A stretch of 35,033 nucleotides of DNA from an uncultured Nitrospirota bacterium. GTDB lineage: Bacteria > Nitrospirota > Nitrospiria > SBBL01 > CAZOFZ01. The DNA lies in contig CAZOFZ010000001.1 in assembly GCA_964579175.1 (NCBI GenBank), positions 7,549-42,581 on the forward strand. Reading direction: 5' to 3'. This document shows positions 26,186 through 34,438 of the stretch, piece after piece. The position numbers and the translations under genes are program-made. Numbering within the stretch: position 1 is the first letter of the stretch; each line of letters opens with the position of its first letter. A model generated the notes under the pieces. The model was not told the origin of the DNA, searched no databases, and saw only the letters and a program-made list of their open reading frames with translations.

Positions 26186-26911
26186 ATGGCGATGGAAACC
26201 AGGAGACGGTTCAGCGTTCGGATGGCCGGTATTGGCGGTCAAGGGGTGGTGACAGCGTCGCACATCCTGAGCAACGGCGTCATCATCGGCGGCGGCGAGA
26301 GTACACTGGTGCCTTTCTTCGGATCGGAGAAGCGGATGGCGCCGGTGGAGAGTTACGTGCGCATTGCCGCAGACCAGATTTACGAGATCGGAGAAATCAT
26401 CTACCCGAACGTGATCATGATCTTTCACAGCCAGGTGATTACGCATGGAAAGTCCTACACGATGCCCTTCTATTGGGGGCTCAAGAAGAACGGCGTTGTG
26501 CTGATTAACAGCGATGCGCCGGTGCCGATGATTCCGGACCAGGTTCGTGAATTGGAAGAAAACGAGGCGAGGGTCTGCTACATCCCGGCCACGAAAATTG
26601 CCTCGGAAGTGGCGGGGACCGATCTTGCGACAAATATGGCGATGTGTGGTGCGATCGCCGGTATTTTGGGCATGCCCGACCTCAAATCGCTGGAGCAGTC
26701 GGTGCGCGAGCGGTTCATCGGAAAAGGATTCGTGGTCTCCGGCGGCACCGCCTCGCTCGACAACGTGATCGAACGAAAATTTGCCAAGAAGGCCGAGTTG
26801 GTGGCAAAAAACTTCGCCGCCGTCAAGGCCGCGCACGACTACGCAGTGGAGCACGGCTGGGGCACGGGCGATCCCTCTGCCGTTGCGGACGCGGAGCTGG
26901 TGGCGGCATAG
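26186..26911 (+). CDS. 2-oxoacid:ferredoxin oxidoreductase subunit gamma
   Basis: VRMAGIGGQGVVTASHILSNG N-terminal gamma-subunit signature. GGGAGAG SD. Confidence 0.85.
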   Translation: MAMETRRRFSVRMAGIGGQGVVTASHILSNGVIIGGGESTLVPFFGSEKRMAPVESYVRIAADQIYEIGEIIYPNVIMIFHSQVITHGKSYTMPFYWGLKKNGVVLINSDAPVPMIPDQVRELEENEARVCYIPATKIASEVAGTDLATNMAMCGAIAGILGMPDLKSLEQSVRERFIGKGFVVSGGTASLDNVIERKFAKKAELVAKNFAAVKAAHDYAVEHGWGTGDPSAVADAELVAA

Positions 26912-26963
26912 TCTTCGCGGTTCGTTTGGATTGTCACAAGGAACAAGGAAAAGGAGAGGGTGC

Positions 26964-27254
26964 ATGTACACAGTTGCTGATATTGATGTCGAAATTTGTG
27001 GCGCCACGCGGTGCCGTCTGTGCACCCAGTTCTGTCCGGAGTCCAACACCATCCTGTACGATACGGTGCGGGCGACGGCCTATGTCGCGGCCGACCGCTG
27101 CAAGGGCTGTGAGATCTGCGTGGGGGTCTGCGACGATCTTGCCAAACATCATGCCATCAAGATGGTTCCGATCAACGAGGTGGAAAACCCCTTCGAGATT
27201 CGCAACGTCGGCTTCAAGGACTCTATCGTGGGGATTGGCGGCGTCACGGCGTAA
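26964..27254 (+). CDS. 2-oxoacid:ferredoxin oxidoreductase subunit delta (2x[4Fe-4S] ferredoxin)
   Basis: 96 aa from the ATG at 26964 (AAGGAGAGGG SD). Cys clusters CGATRCRLCTQFCP and CKGCEICVGVC. Confidence 0.8.
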   Translation: MYTVADIDVEICGATRCRLCTQFCPESNTILYDTVRATAYVAADRCKGCEICVGVCDDLAKHHAIKMVPINEVENPFEIRNVGFKDSIVGIGGVTA

Positions 27255-27275
27255 CCCTCCGACGATCTTATACCG

Positions 27276-27320
27276 AAACAGCCGACCTTCGTATGTGCAG
27301 AGGGTCGGCTGTTTTGTTTT
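27276..27320 (+). terminator. rho-independent terminator of the OFOR operon
   Basis: Perfect 12-bp stem aaacagccgacc (27276-27287) / ggtcggctgttt (27303-27314), 15-nt loop, followed by tgtttt. Confidence 0.8.
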
Positions 27321-27346
27321 CGACAACGAAGGTGTCGAGGTGCTCC

Positions 27347-27529
27347 ATGCAGTGCCGAAAGTGCGGGCAGGAGAACGATCCGGACCTTCCTTGGTGCACG
27401 AAGTGCCTCGCTGAATTTCCGTCCCAGCACCCTTATCTGGGGTGCCCCGAGTGTCGCCATCGCAACGATCCCGACGCCGTTCATTGCGAGTTGTGCCATG
27501 AGCCGCTCCGCCCCGGACAGTCAGAGTGA
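27347..27529 (+). CDS. small double zinc-ribbon protein
   Basis: 60 aa with two CxxC...CxxC pairs: CRKCGQ...CTKC and CPECRH...CELC. GAGGTG SD 4 nt upstream. The longer 27293 start would lie inside the terminator hairpin. Confidence 0.5.
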   Translation: MQCRKCGQENDPDLPWCTKCLAEFPSQHPYLGCPECRHRNDPDAVHCELCHEPLRPGQSE

Positions 27530-27534
27530 TGGCC

Positions 27535-28308
27535 CTACGTATTTTCTGGCCGATCCGTCCGGTTCAGGTCATACAATATTCTCAGACCCTCCAGCGTCAG
27601 GTTGGGACAGATGCGTGAGATCGTGATACATTCCGGCGCGATCAACTCACAGAGGCCGCCCGTGGCCGTCACGGGTGCATCCTGCCCCATCTCCTTCCAA
27701 ATCCGTCGCACCATCCCGTCCACCAGACCCACATAGCCCCAAAAAATGCCGGCCTGCATGCCGGTGACCGTATCGGTTCCCAGCACCTGTCCGGGTTTGA
27801 TGAGGGGGACGCGAGGAAGCTGCGCCGCGCGCGTGAAAAGGGCCTCCGCCGAGGTGGCGAGGCCCGGCGCGATGGCACCCCCCAGGTAGTCGCCCGCCTC
27901 GGACAGGGCGCAGAAGGTGGTGGCCGTTCCGAAATCCACGATGACCCTCGGCCCCCCATACAGATGATAGGCCGCCACTGCATTCGCAATCCGGTCGCTG
28001 CCCAATTTCCCCGTATATCGCATCCGAAGCGCCATTTTAAGTCGGTGCGTCACGATCAGGGGATTCACTGCAAAGGCGTTTCGAAGGGCGGTTTGAATCG
28101 TGTCCGTAAGGGAGGGGACGACGCTGGACAGGATGGCGTGGGCGATGGCTTCCGTCGTGTGCGTGTGGGTCGAGGCCGTCAGTAAACGGGTGTATTCGTC
28201 GGCGCTCTTTTGGACATCGGTGGCAAGATGCCACCGTGCGATCAGGCGATCCGATTGAAACAGCCCCAGCGTAATCTGGGTATTTCCAAGGTCAAGGGCC
28301 AGGAGCAT
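27535..28308 (-). CDS. coaX: type III pantothenate kinase
   Basis: ORF trimmed to MLLALDLGNTQITLGLF. DFGTATTF and GGAIAPG motifs. 17-nt overlap with the birA stop. Confidence 0.9.
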   Translation of the reverse strand: MLLALDLGNTQITLGLFQSDRLIARWHLATDVQKSADEYTRLLTASTHTHTTEAIAHAILSSVVPSLTDTIQTALRNAFAVNPLIVTHRLKMALRMRYTGKLGSDRIANAVAAYHLYGGPRVIVDFGTATTFCALSEAGDYLGGAIAPGLATSAEALFTRAAQLPRVPLIKPGQVLGTDTVTGMQAGIFWGYVGLVDGMVRRIWKEMGQDAPVTATGGLCELIAPECITISRICPNLTLEGLRILYDLNRTDRPENT

Positions 28309-29098
28309 CTTCCCCGATCTCACGCAGGTGGAGGATGTCGGCCAAGGCGATTTTCCGGATACTTCCGTCTCCCAGTCGGCACCGTAGCGCACCATCCGGC
28401 TCGATATCGTCCGCCCACCCTTCAAACGTATTACGCGGGGTACGAACGGAGACCTTCTTCCCCAGCGTTCGGCAGGCGGGCCGGATCGTTTCGATTAAAT
28501 GGCGGGAAGAACCACGGAGGGCGTCGTACTGTTCGGAAAGGGCGCCCAGCATCTCCTGCGCCAGGGCGCTTCGGTCAATCGGCTTCCCCGCCGCGATTTT
28601 CAGGGACGTGGCGATCGGCTGGAGTTCGGGTGGGAACTCGTCCACGTTGACGTTGATCCCGATGCCGACCACCAGCGGTGGCGTCTGTCCGCCGAGGCTG
28701 GCCGATTCCAGCAGGATGCCCGCAACTTTCCGGTTTCCCATGACCAGGTCGTTGGGCCATTTGATCTGTACGGTACATTCGGCCACGCGTTGAATCGCCT
28801 GTACCAGCGCCACGGCCGTGGCCAGAGAGAAGAGGTGAAAGGTACGTACCGGTTGATGCGGCATCAAAAAAAGGGAACAGTAAAGATTGACCCATTCCGG
28901 AGAGAACCAGGAGCGTCCCAGGCGTCCTCGGCCCGCCGTCTGTGACTCGGCAAAGATGGCAACGCCGCCCGGCATGCCCATGCCCGCCATTTCCAGGGCC
29001 GTGCGATTGGTCGAGCCGATGCGATCGAAAAAGAGGACCTCCCGGATCCATTCGCGCGCCTTCGGATGCTGCTTGCAGTGCGTCCTGATCGCCTCCAT
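28292..29098 (-). CDS. birA: biotin--[acetyl-CoA-carboxylase] ligase (group I, no HTH)
   Basis: IGSTNRTALEMA and QTAGRGRLGRSWFSP motifs. ATG at 29098 is the preferred start. An in-frame TTG at 29263 would add 55 aa of repeat-derived sequence (see findings). Confidence 0.85.
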   Translation of the reverse strand: MEAIRTHCKQHPKAREWIREVLFFDRIGSTNRTALEMAGMGMPGGVAIFAESQTAGRGRLGRSWFSPEWVNLYCSLFLMPHQPVRTFHLFSLATAVALVQAIQRVAECTVQIKWPNDLVMGNRKVAGILLESASLGGQTPPLVVGIGINVNVDEFPPELQPIATSLKIAAGKPIDRSALAQEMLGALSEQYDALRGSSRHLIETIRPACRTLGKKVSVRTPRNTFEGWADDIEPDGALRCRLGDGSIRKIALADILHLREIGEDAPGP

Positions 29099-29107
29099 CT
29101 CCAGTCC

Positions 29108-29138
29108 CGGTCCTGCGGACGGCGGTGCGCTTCGCTCA
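29108..29138. repeat. dispersed ~30-nt repeat, copy A (cggtcctgcggacggcggtgcgcttcgctca)
   Basis: 31/31 identical to 29207-29237; the two copies are offset by 99 nt. Confidence 0.95.
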
Positions 29139-29206
29139 CCCAGCGAGGTCGGGTGATCCTGCGGCAAAGCGTCTTTCTCCGTGTCTCGCGTGAGTCCCGC
29201 AGATGG

Positions 29207-29237
29207 CGGTCCTGCGGACGGCGGTGCGCTTCGCTCA
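29207..29237. repeat. dispersed ~30-nt repeat, copy B
   Basis: 31/31 identical to 29108-29138. Its last 3 nt (29235-29237) overlap the nadC stop codon. Confidence 0.95.
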
Positions 29238-30095
29238 TCCACCTTGCGTCTCTTGGGCGGCAATGTCCATGCTGATGTCCACGGCGGGCGCCGAGTGGGT
29301 TAATGCGCCGATGGAGATCATGTCCACGCCGCACTGGGCCACGGCGGCGACGTTATCCAGATGGATGCCTCCCGACGCCTCAATGGCGATTGAAGGGGCC
29401 CGCGTCCGAATCAGGGCGACGGCCCGTTTGATTTCCGGAAGCGCCATGTTATCCAGCATGATAACATCGCAGCCGCTGGCGATGGCCTGTTGAACCTCGA
29501 TGAGCGTGGTGGTTTCGACTTCCACTTTCAATGGATGGGAAAGCGAGGCGCGTGTTTGGCGCACCGCATTGGGGATGCCGCCGGCCAGGGCAATATGATT
29601 GTCTTTAATCAATATCAGATCGCCCAGATGGAATCGGTGGTTCCAGCCGCCACCCAGCAGGACGGCCTCTTTTTCCAGCGCCCGCAGTCCGGGGGTGGTC
29701 TTCCGCGTGTCCACGATTTTGGCGGAGGTTCCGGCAATCCGCGCCACAAAACGGTGGGTGTAGGTGGCGATACCGGAGAGATGTTGCAGGAAGTTGAGTG
29801 CCGTGCGTTCCCCTTTGAGGAGCGCCCTTCCATCTCCAGTGAGGCGCGCGATGCTGCTTCCCGCAGCCGCAACCTGCCCAGGAGGGACGTTAACCTCCAG
29901 GCGGATTTCCGGGTCCAGATTCTGAAAAACGGCTTGGAAGACATGAATGCCCGCGACGACCAGGTCTTCTTTTGCGACGAGCCGTCCCGCAGCCACAATC
30001 GGGTGCGGAAAGAGCGTCTCCGTCGTGCGATCGCCATACAGCAGGTCTTCCGCAAGGGCCCGCTGCACCATCTCTTTGAGGAAGAAAGCTTCCAT
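29235..30095 (-). CDS. nadC: nicotinate-nucleotide pyrophosphorylase (carboxylating)
   Basis: KGERTALNFLQHLSGIAT, DTRKTTPGLR, LIKDNHI, IEASGGI motifs. Confidence 0.92.
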   Translation of the reverse strand: MEAFFLKEMVQRALAEDLLYGDRTTETLFPHPIVAAGRLVAKEDLVVAGIHVFQAVFQNLDPEIRLEVNVPPGQVAAAGSSIARLTGDGRALLKGERTALNFLQHLSGIATYTHRFVARIAGTSAKIVDTRKTTPGLRALEKEAVLLGGGWNHRFHLGDLILIKDNHIALAGGIPNAVRQTRASLSHPLKVEVETTTLIEVQQAIASGCDVIMLDNMALPEIKRAVALIRTRAPSIAIEASGGIHLDNVAAVAQCGVDMISIGALTHSAPAVDISMDIAAQETQGG

Positions 30096-30132
30096 GCCGC
30101 CACTCTAGCACGACGTTTCGTCGGGTGTAAAT

Positions 30133-30198
30133 TATGGGGCCATCCGAGGGAGTGAAACAGGGAGTGAAATAGGGAGTGCAAGATGGGGTGGCCCCATA
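30133..30198. repeat. 10-bp inverted repeat enclosing three tandem 12-mers
   Basis: tatggggcca (30133-30142) and tggccccata (30189-30198) are reverse complements. Between them: gggagtgaaaca (30148-30159), gggagtgaaata (30160-30171), gggagtgcaaga (30172-30183). Confidence 0.9.
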
Positions 30199-30296
30199 TA
30201 CCGGGTTGTTTGGTGCGGAGGGTTTATGGTATCGTTTGGCGTCGTCGTATGGGGTGGTGAGGAGCCGGCGCGCGGGCTGGATGCGCATGACTTGGA

Positions 30297-31601
30297 ATGT
30301 GGTTTGAAATTATCCTGATCGGACTCTTGATCCTGCTGAATGGGTTCTTCTCGGCGGCGGAAATCGCCGTCGTGACGGCCCGGAAGAGCAACATCGAACA
30401 TCTTTCGGAGCAGGGGGATGGTCGCGCAAAGGTGTTGTTACGGCTCCAGGGCGATCCGGAGCCGTTTTTAGCGACCGTCCAGATCGGCGTCACGCTGCTG
30501 GGTTCCGCCGCAGCCGCCTTGGGGGGCGCCGTGGCGGTGGAACGGATCAAGCCCCTGCTGGACTATCTTCCGTTTCTGCGCCACTACAGCGAAGGGATGG
30601 CCGTCTCCCTGGTCGTCCTCCTCGTCTCCTATGTTTCCCTGACGTTGGGCGAATTAATCCCCAAATCCCTGGCGCTGCAATACCCGGAACAGATCGCGCT
30701 GGGTGTCGCGCGGGTCTTCGACTGGCTGGAACGGCTGCTTCGCCCCTTCGTCAAAACGCTGATGACTTCCGTCCGCTTTATGCTCAAGCCGGTGGGTGGA
30801 AAACCGTATCGCGGGCATTTCGTCTCGGAGGAAGAGATCAAGCAGATGCTGAAGGAGGGACGCGACAACGGTGTCTTCGACCAGACGGAACAGGAGCTAA
30901 TCCACAGCGTCTTCGAGTTTAACGACATCTCCGCAAAAGAAGTGATGGTGGCGCGCCCCAAAATCCATGCGATCCAGATAGACACCCCTTCCCAGACGTT
31001 GCTCAAATATGTGACGGAGAACATGTTCTCCCGCTATCCGGTCTATCGGGAGAACCTCAACGATGTCGCCGGCATCGTCTACTTTAAAGACCTGCTGGCG
31101 GCCCTGATGCGCAATCGGGCCATCGTGTTGAGCGAACTGCTCCATCCGGCCTATTTTGTGCCGGAGACGATGCAGGTCTCCCGTCTCCTCAAAGAGCTGC
31201 AACGGCGGCGCATTCAGATAGCGATCGTCATCAACGAATATGGGAGCGTCGAGGGGCTGGTGACGATGGAAGACCTGGTCGAGGAAATTGTCGGCGAAAT
31301 CCAGGACGAATACGATATCGAAGAGCGTCCGGTGGAACGCCTCAAGGATGGTTCGTTGTGCGTGGATGCCTCCCTCTCCGTGCGCGATCTGAAAAGCGAG
31401 TATGGCCTTGCGGTGCCGGAAGCGGCCAACTACGAAACGCTGGGCGGCTTTGTCCTCTCTCAACTCCAGGATATGCCCAAGGGGGGGGACATCATTCAAT
31501 ATGGCGACTACAAATTTACGATTGTGGATATGGAAGGCCGCAGGATTGCAAAACTGAAAGTGGAAAAGCGGCGCACCGAAGAAGTGGTCCCAAACCCTTA
31601 A
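30297..31601 (+). CDS. CNNM/TlyC/CorC-family protein (DUF21 membrane domain + CBS pair + CorC_HlyC domain)
   Basis: N-terminal LLNGFFSAAEIAVV (DUF21), central CBS pair (VMVARPKIHAI..., ETMQVSRLLKELQRRRIQIAIVINEYGSVEGLVTMEDLVEEIVGEI), C-terminal transporter-associated domain. Confidence 0.85.
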   Translation: MWFEIILIGLLILLNGFFSAAEIAVVTARKSNIEHLSEQGDGRAKVLLRLQGDPEPFLATVQIGVTLLGSAAAALGGAVAVERIKPLLDYLPFLRHYSEGMAVSLVVLLVSYVSLTLGELIPKSLALQYPEQIALGVARVFDWLERLLRPFVKTLMTSVRFMLKPVGGKPYRGHFVSEEEIKQMLKEGRDNGVFDQTEQELIHSVFEFNDISAKEVMVARPKIHAIQIDTPSQTLLKYVTENMFSRYPVYRENLNDVAGIVYFKDLLAALMRNRAIVLSELLHPAYFVPETMQVSRLLKELQRRRIQIAIVINEYGSVEGLVTMEDLVEEIVGEIQDEYDIEERPVERLKDGSLCVDASLSVRDLKSEYGLAVPEAANYETLGGFVLSQLQDMPKGGDIIQYGDYKFTIVDMEGRRIAKLKVEKRRTEEVVPNP

Positions 31602-31622
31602 AGCCGATCGTCAGTCATCCCC

Positions 31623-32210
31623 TTGCGTACCGCGCTCATTCAACGAAAAACAAACGAAACGGACATCACCCTCTCCGTTGACCTGGACGGGACGGGGGTG
31701 CACCAGATTCAGACCCCGTTCCCGTTTCTGGATCATATGCTCTCCGCTTTTTCCAGACATGCTTGCTTCGATTTGACCCTCCACGCAACGGGCGATGTCC
31801 ATGTGGACGATCACCATACGATCGAGGACATCGGCATCGTATTGGGAGAGGCCCTGAGGGAGTCCTGGGGGGAGAAGCGGGGAATCCGTCGCTTCGGGCA
31901 CGCAACGATTCCCCTGGATGACGCGCTGGCCGCCGTGACCGTTGATCTTTCGGGGCGTTCCTACCTGGTTTACAACGTCAAAATGCCCAAGCGCGCGATC
32001 AAATCCTTCCCGACCGACATGGTTGAACATTTCTTCCGTTCCCTGACCGATCACAGCCGGATCAATCTGCACATCAATCTGCTCTACGGAACCGACGCCC
32101 ACCATATTCTGGAGGCCATCTTTAAAGGTTTTGGCCGTGCCATGGACGTGGCGACGCAGATCGATCCGCGCGTGGCCGACGCCGTGGCATCCACCAAAGG
32201 AACGTTGTAG
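31623..32210 (+). CDS. hisB: imidazoleglycerol-phosphate dehydratase
   Basis: RKTNETDITLSVDLDG, HHTIEDIGIVLG and G.DAHHILEA motifs. TTG start. Confidence 0.93.
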   Translation: MRTALIQRKTNETDITLSVDLDGTGVHQIQTPFPFLDHMLSAFSRHACFDLTLHATGDVHVDDHHTIEDIGIVLGEALRESWGEKRGIRRFGHATIPLDDALAAVTVDLSGRSYLVYNVKMPKRAIKSFPTDMVEHFFRSLTDHSRINLHINLLYGTDAHHILEAIFKGFGRAMDVATQIDPRVADAVASTKGTL

Positions 32211-32291
32211 GGGTTGTGGAATGAACGGGTCAAGTTGGAGCGACGCTTTTCAATCCAGTACGATGTCCTCCGCGCCGCTGCGTGAGTCCGG

Positions 32292-32915
32292 GTGGATTTG
32301 GTGACGAAGATCGTGATCGTGGATTATGGTTCCGGCAATCTGCGAAGTGTACAGATGGGGCTTGCGCGGGCCGGTTTTCAGGCCACGATCAGCCACGATC
32401 CGCAGGTGGTTGCCGAGGCCAGTCATTTGATTGTGCCGGGTGTCGGGGCCTTTGCCGATTGCATGCGGAACCTTTCGGACCTCGATCTGCTTTCGCCGAT
32501 CCGTGACGCGATTCGCGTGGGCAAGCCCTACCTGGGGATTTGTTTGGGCTTCCAAATCCTCTTTACGGAAGGGGCGGAGTTCGGGGCATCCCCCGGCCTG
32601 AACCTGGTTTCGGGGAGGGTCGTCCGTTTTCCAGAAGGGCCGCTTAAGGTGCCGCATATGGGGTGGAATCAGATTCGGATCGAAAAGCCGCATCCGGTTT
32701 TAGAGGGGGTGCCGGAGGGGGCCCATTTCTACTTCGTCCATTCCTATTATCCGGCCCCGACGGACGACGCCTGGGTGGTCGCCACGACCGAATACGGTGT
32801 CCGTTTTCCGTCTGCCATCGGGCGCGACAATCTTTTCGCCTGCCAGTTTCATCCGGAAAAAAGCCAGTCCGTCGGACAGCACCTGCTGGCCAATTTCGCC
32901 AGGCTGAAGGCATGA
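32292..32915 (+). CDS. hisH: imidazole glycerol phosphate synthase, glutamine amidotransferase subunit
   Basis: IVIVDYGSGNLRSV, GICLGFQ (catalytic Cys), MGWN, QFHPEKS. Confidence 0.93.
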   Translation: MDLVTKIVIVDYGSGNLRSVQMGLARAGFQATISHDPQVVAEASHLIVPGVGAFADCMRNLSDLDLLSPIRDAIRVGKPYLGICLGFQILFTEGAEFGASPGLNLVSGRVVRFPEGPLKVPHMGWNQIRIEKPHPVLEGVPEGAHFYFVHSYYPAPTDDAWVVATTEYGVRFPSAIGRDNLFACQFHPEKSQSVGQHLLANFARLKA

Positions 32916-33649
32916 TCCCCATCCCTGCAATAGACCTGAAAGGAGGCCGCTGTGTCCGGCTGACACAGGGAGCGATGGACGCGGAGACCGTCTATGCGGA
33001 CGATCCCCTGTCGGTCGCGCGGCGGTGGGAGGCGGAAGGGGCCGAGCGGCTGCATTTGGTGGACTTGGATGGCGCGGTTGCCGGGGCGGCGGTGCATTTT
33101 GACGCGATTGCGGCCATCCTAAAGGGGGTGCGGATTCCGGTCGAGGTTGGAGGGGGCATCCGGAGCATGGAGGCGATCGAGCGGTATCTTTCCGCAGGCG
33201 CATCCTGGGTGATCCTGGGGACGTCGGCGCTTCGGAATTTTGCGATGGTGCAGCAAGCGGCGCGGACGTTTCCCGACAGGATCGTCGTGGGGATTGACGT
33301 TAAAAAAGGGGCGGTGGCGATTCAGGGTTGGACGGCGCTGCATGCCGATGGTCTGATGGACGTGGCGCTGCGCACGTTGGATGCGGGGGTGTCCAAGTTG
33401 ATCCTGACCGACATCGAAAAAGACGGGATGTTGGCGGGGCCGAATTTTTCACTCTTTGAAACGGTGGCCGCAGCGGTTAAACTCCCGCTGATCGCATCGG
33501 GGGGAATCGCGACGCTCGGACACTTGCAGCAACTTGCGAAGATGCCCGGCATCGAAGGGGCGATCATCGGAAAGGCGCTCTACACCGGGGCCATCTCCCT
33601 GCCGGATGCGATCGCAACACTGCGCGGCAAAGGAACGGGGCCATGCTGA
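32912..33649 (+). CDS. hisA: 1-(5-phosphoribosyl)-5-[(5-phosphoribosylamino)methylideneamino]imidazole-4-carboxamide isomerase
   Basis: ATG at 32912 overlaps the hisH stop (ATGA). [31 protein letters not shown] and SGGI motifs. Confidence 0.93.
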   Translation: MIPIPAIDLKGGRCVRLTQGAMDAETVYADDPLSVARRWEAEGAERLHLVDLDGAVAGAAVHFDAIAAILKGVRIPVEVGGGIRSMEAIERYLSAGASWVILGTSALRNFAMVQQAARTFPDRIVVGIDVKKGAVAIQGWTALHADGLMDVALRTLDAGVSKLILTDIEKDGMLAGPNFSLFETVAAAVKLPLIASGGIATLGHLQQLAKMPGIEGAIIGKALYTGAISLPDAIATLRGKGTGPC

Positions 33650-34401
33650 CGCGGCGGATCATCCCCTGCCTGGACGTTCGGGGGGGGCGGGTGGTGAAGG
33701 GGGTCCGTTTTGCCGACCTGACGGATGCCGGAGACCCGGTGGAGGTCGCCAAAATCTACGAGGCGCAGGGGGCGGACGAACTTTGCTTTTTGGATATTAC
33801 CGCCTCTTCCGAGGGACGGGAAACGCTGATTGATTTGGTGCAACGGACGGCGGATGCCGTCTCGATGCCGCTCACCGTCGGCGGTGGCGTTCGGACGGTT
33901 TCGGACGTGCGCAAGTTGCTTGTGGCCGGTGCCGACAAGGTGTCCATCAACACGGCTGCGGTGGAACATCCGGATCTGGTGCGGGAGGCCGCCCTCCGGT
34001 TTGGCAGCTCGACGATCGTGGTGGCCATTGACGCAAGACGGGAGGAAGCCGGCTGGCGGGTCTATACGCACGGTGGGAGAAACCGAACGCCCCATGATGC
34101 CGTGGCATGGGCGCGGCAGGTTGCGTCCATGGGGGCGGGGGAGATTCTGCTGACCAGCATGGATCGGGACGGCACTACGCAGGGCTATGACCTGGCCCTG
34201 ACGCGCGCGGTCTCGGAGGCGGTGAAGGTCCCGGTCATTGCCTCCGGCGGTGTCGGTACCTTGGCCCACCTCTATGACGGGCTGACGGTGGGATCGGCCG
34301 ATGCGGTCCTGGCGGCCTCCATTTTTCACTATCGGACACACTCGATCCCGGAAGCAAAACGGTATCTGGCCGATCGGGGGATTGCGGTGCGGCTCTCATG
34401 A
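33643..34401 (+). CDS. hisF: imidazole glycerol phosphate synthase, cyclase subunit
   Basis: [42 protein letters not shown]. Confidence 0.95.
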   Translation: MLTRRIIPCLDVRGGRVVKGVRFADLTDAGDPVEVAKIYEAQGADELCFLDITASSEGRETLIDLVQRTADAVSMPLTVGGGVRTVSDVRKLLVAGADKVSINTAAVEHPDLVREAALRFGSSTIVVAIDARREEAGWRVYTHGGRNRTPHDAVAWARQVASMGAGEILLTSMDRDGTTQGYDLALTRAVSEAVKVPVIASGGVGTLAHLYDGLTVGSADAVLAASIFHYRTHSIPEAKRYLADRGIAVRLS

Positions 34402-34438
34402 CGGGAAAGCGGGGGAAGAAAATGGGGGAAGCCGCGGA

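Noticed and set aside
29108-29237. CRISPR-like array (also considered for 30148-30183 and 2492-2523)
   Set aside because: Only two repeats of 31 nt separated by 68 nt, with other copies dispersed or inverted and no cas genes. The other sites are gapless short tandem repeats without spacers.
29615-30181. 188-aa minus-strand ORF beginning MHSLFHSLFHSL
   Set aside because: Its N-terminus is simply the translation of the tandem 12-mers, and the rest is an alternative frame over nadC. The repeat is treated as a non-coding feature.
30096-30296. Possible Mg2+/metal riboswitch upstream of the CNNM/CorC-type gene
   Set aside because: I cannot match the sequence to the conserved cores of the M-box or other metal riboswitches from memory. 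It is reported only as an unexplained repeat structure; an Infernal/Rfam scan is needed.
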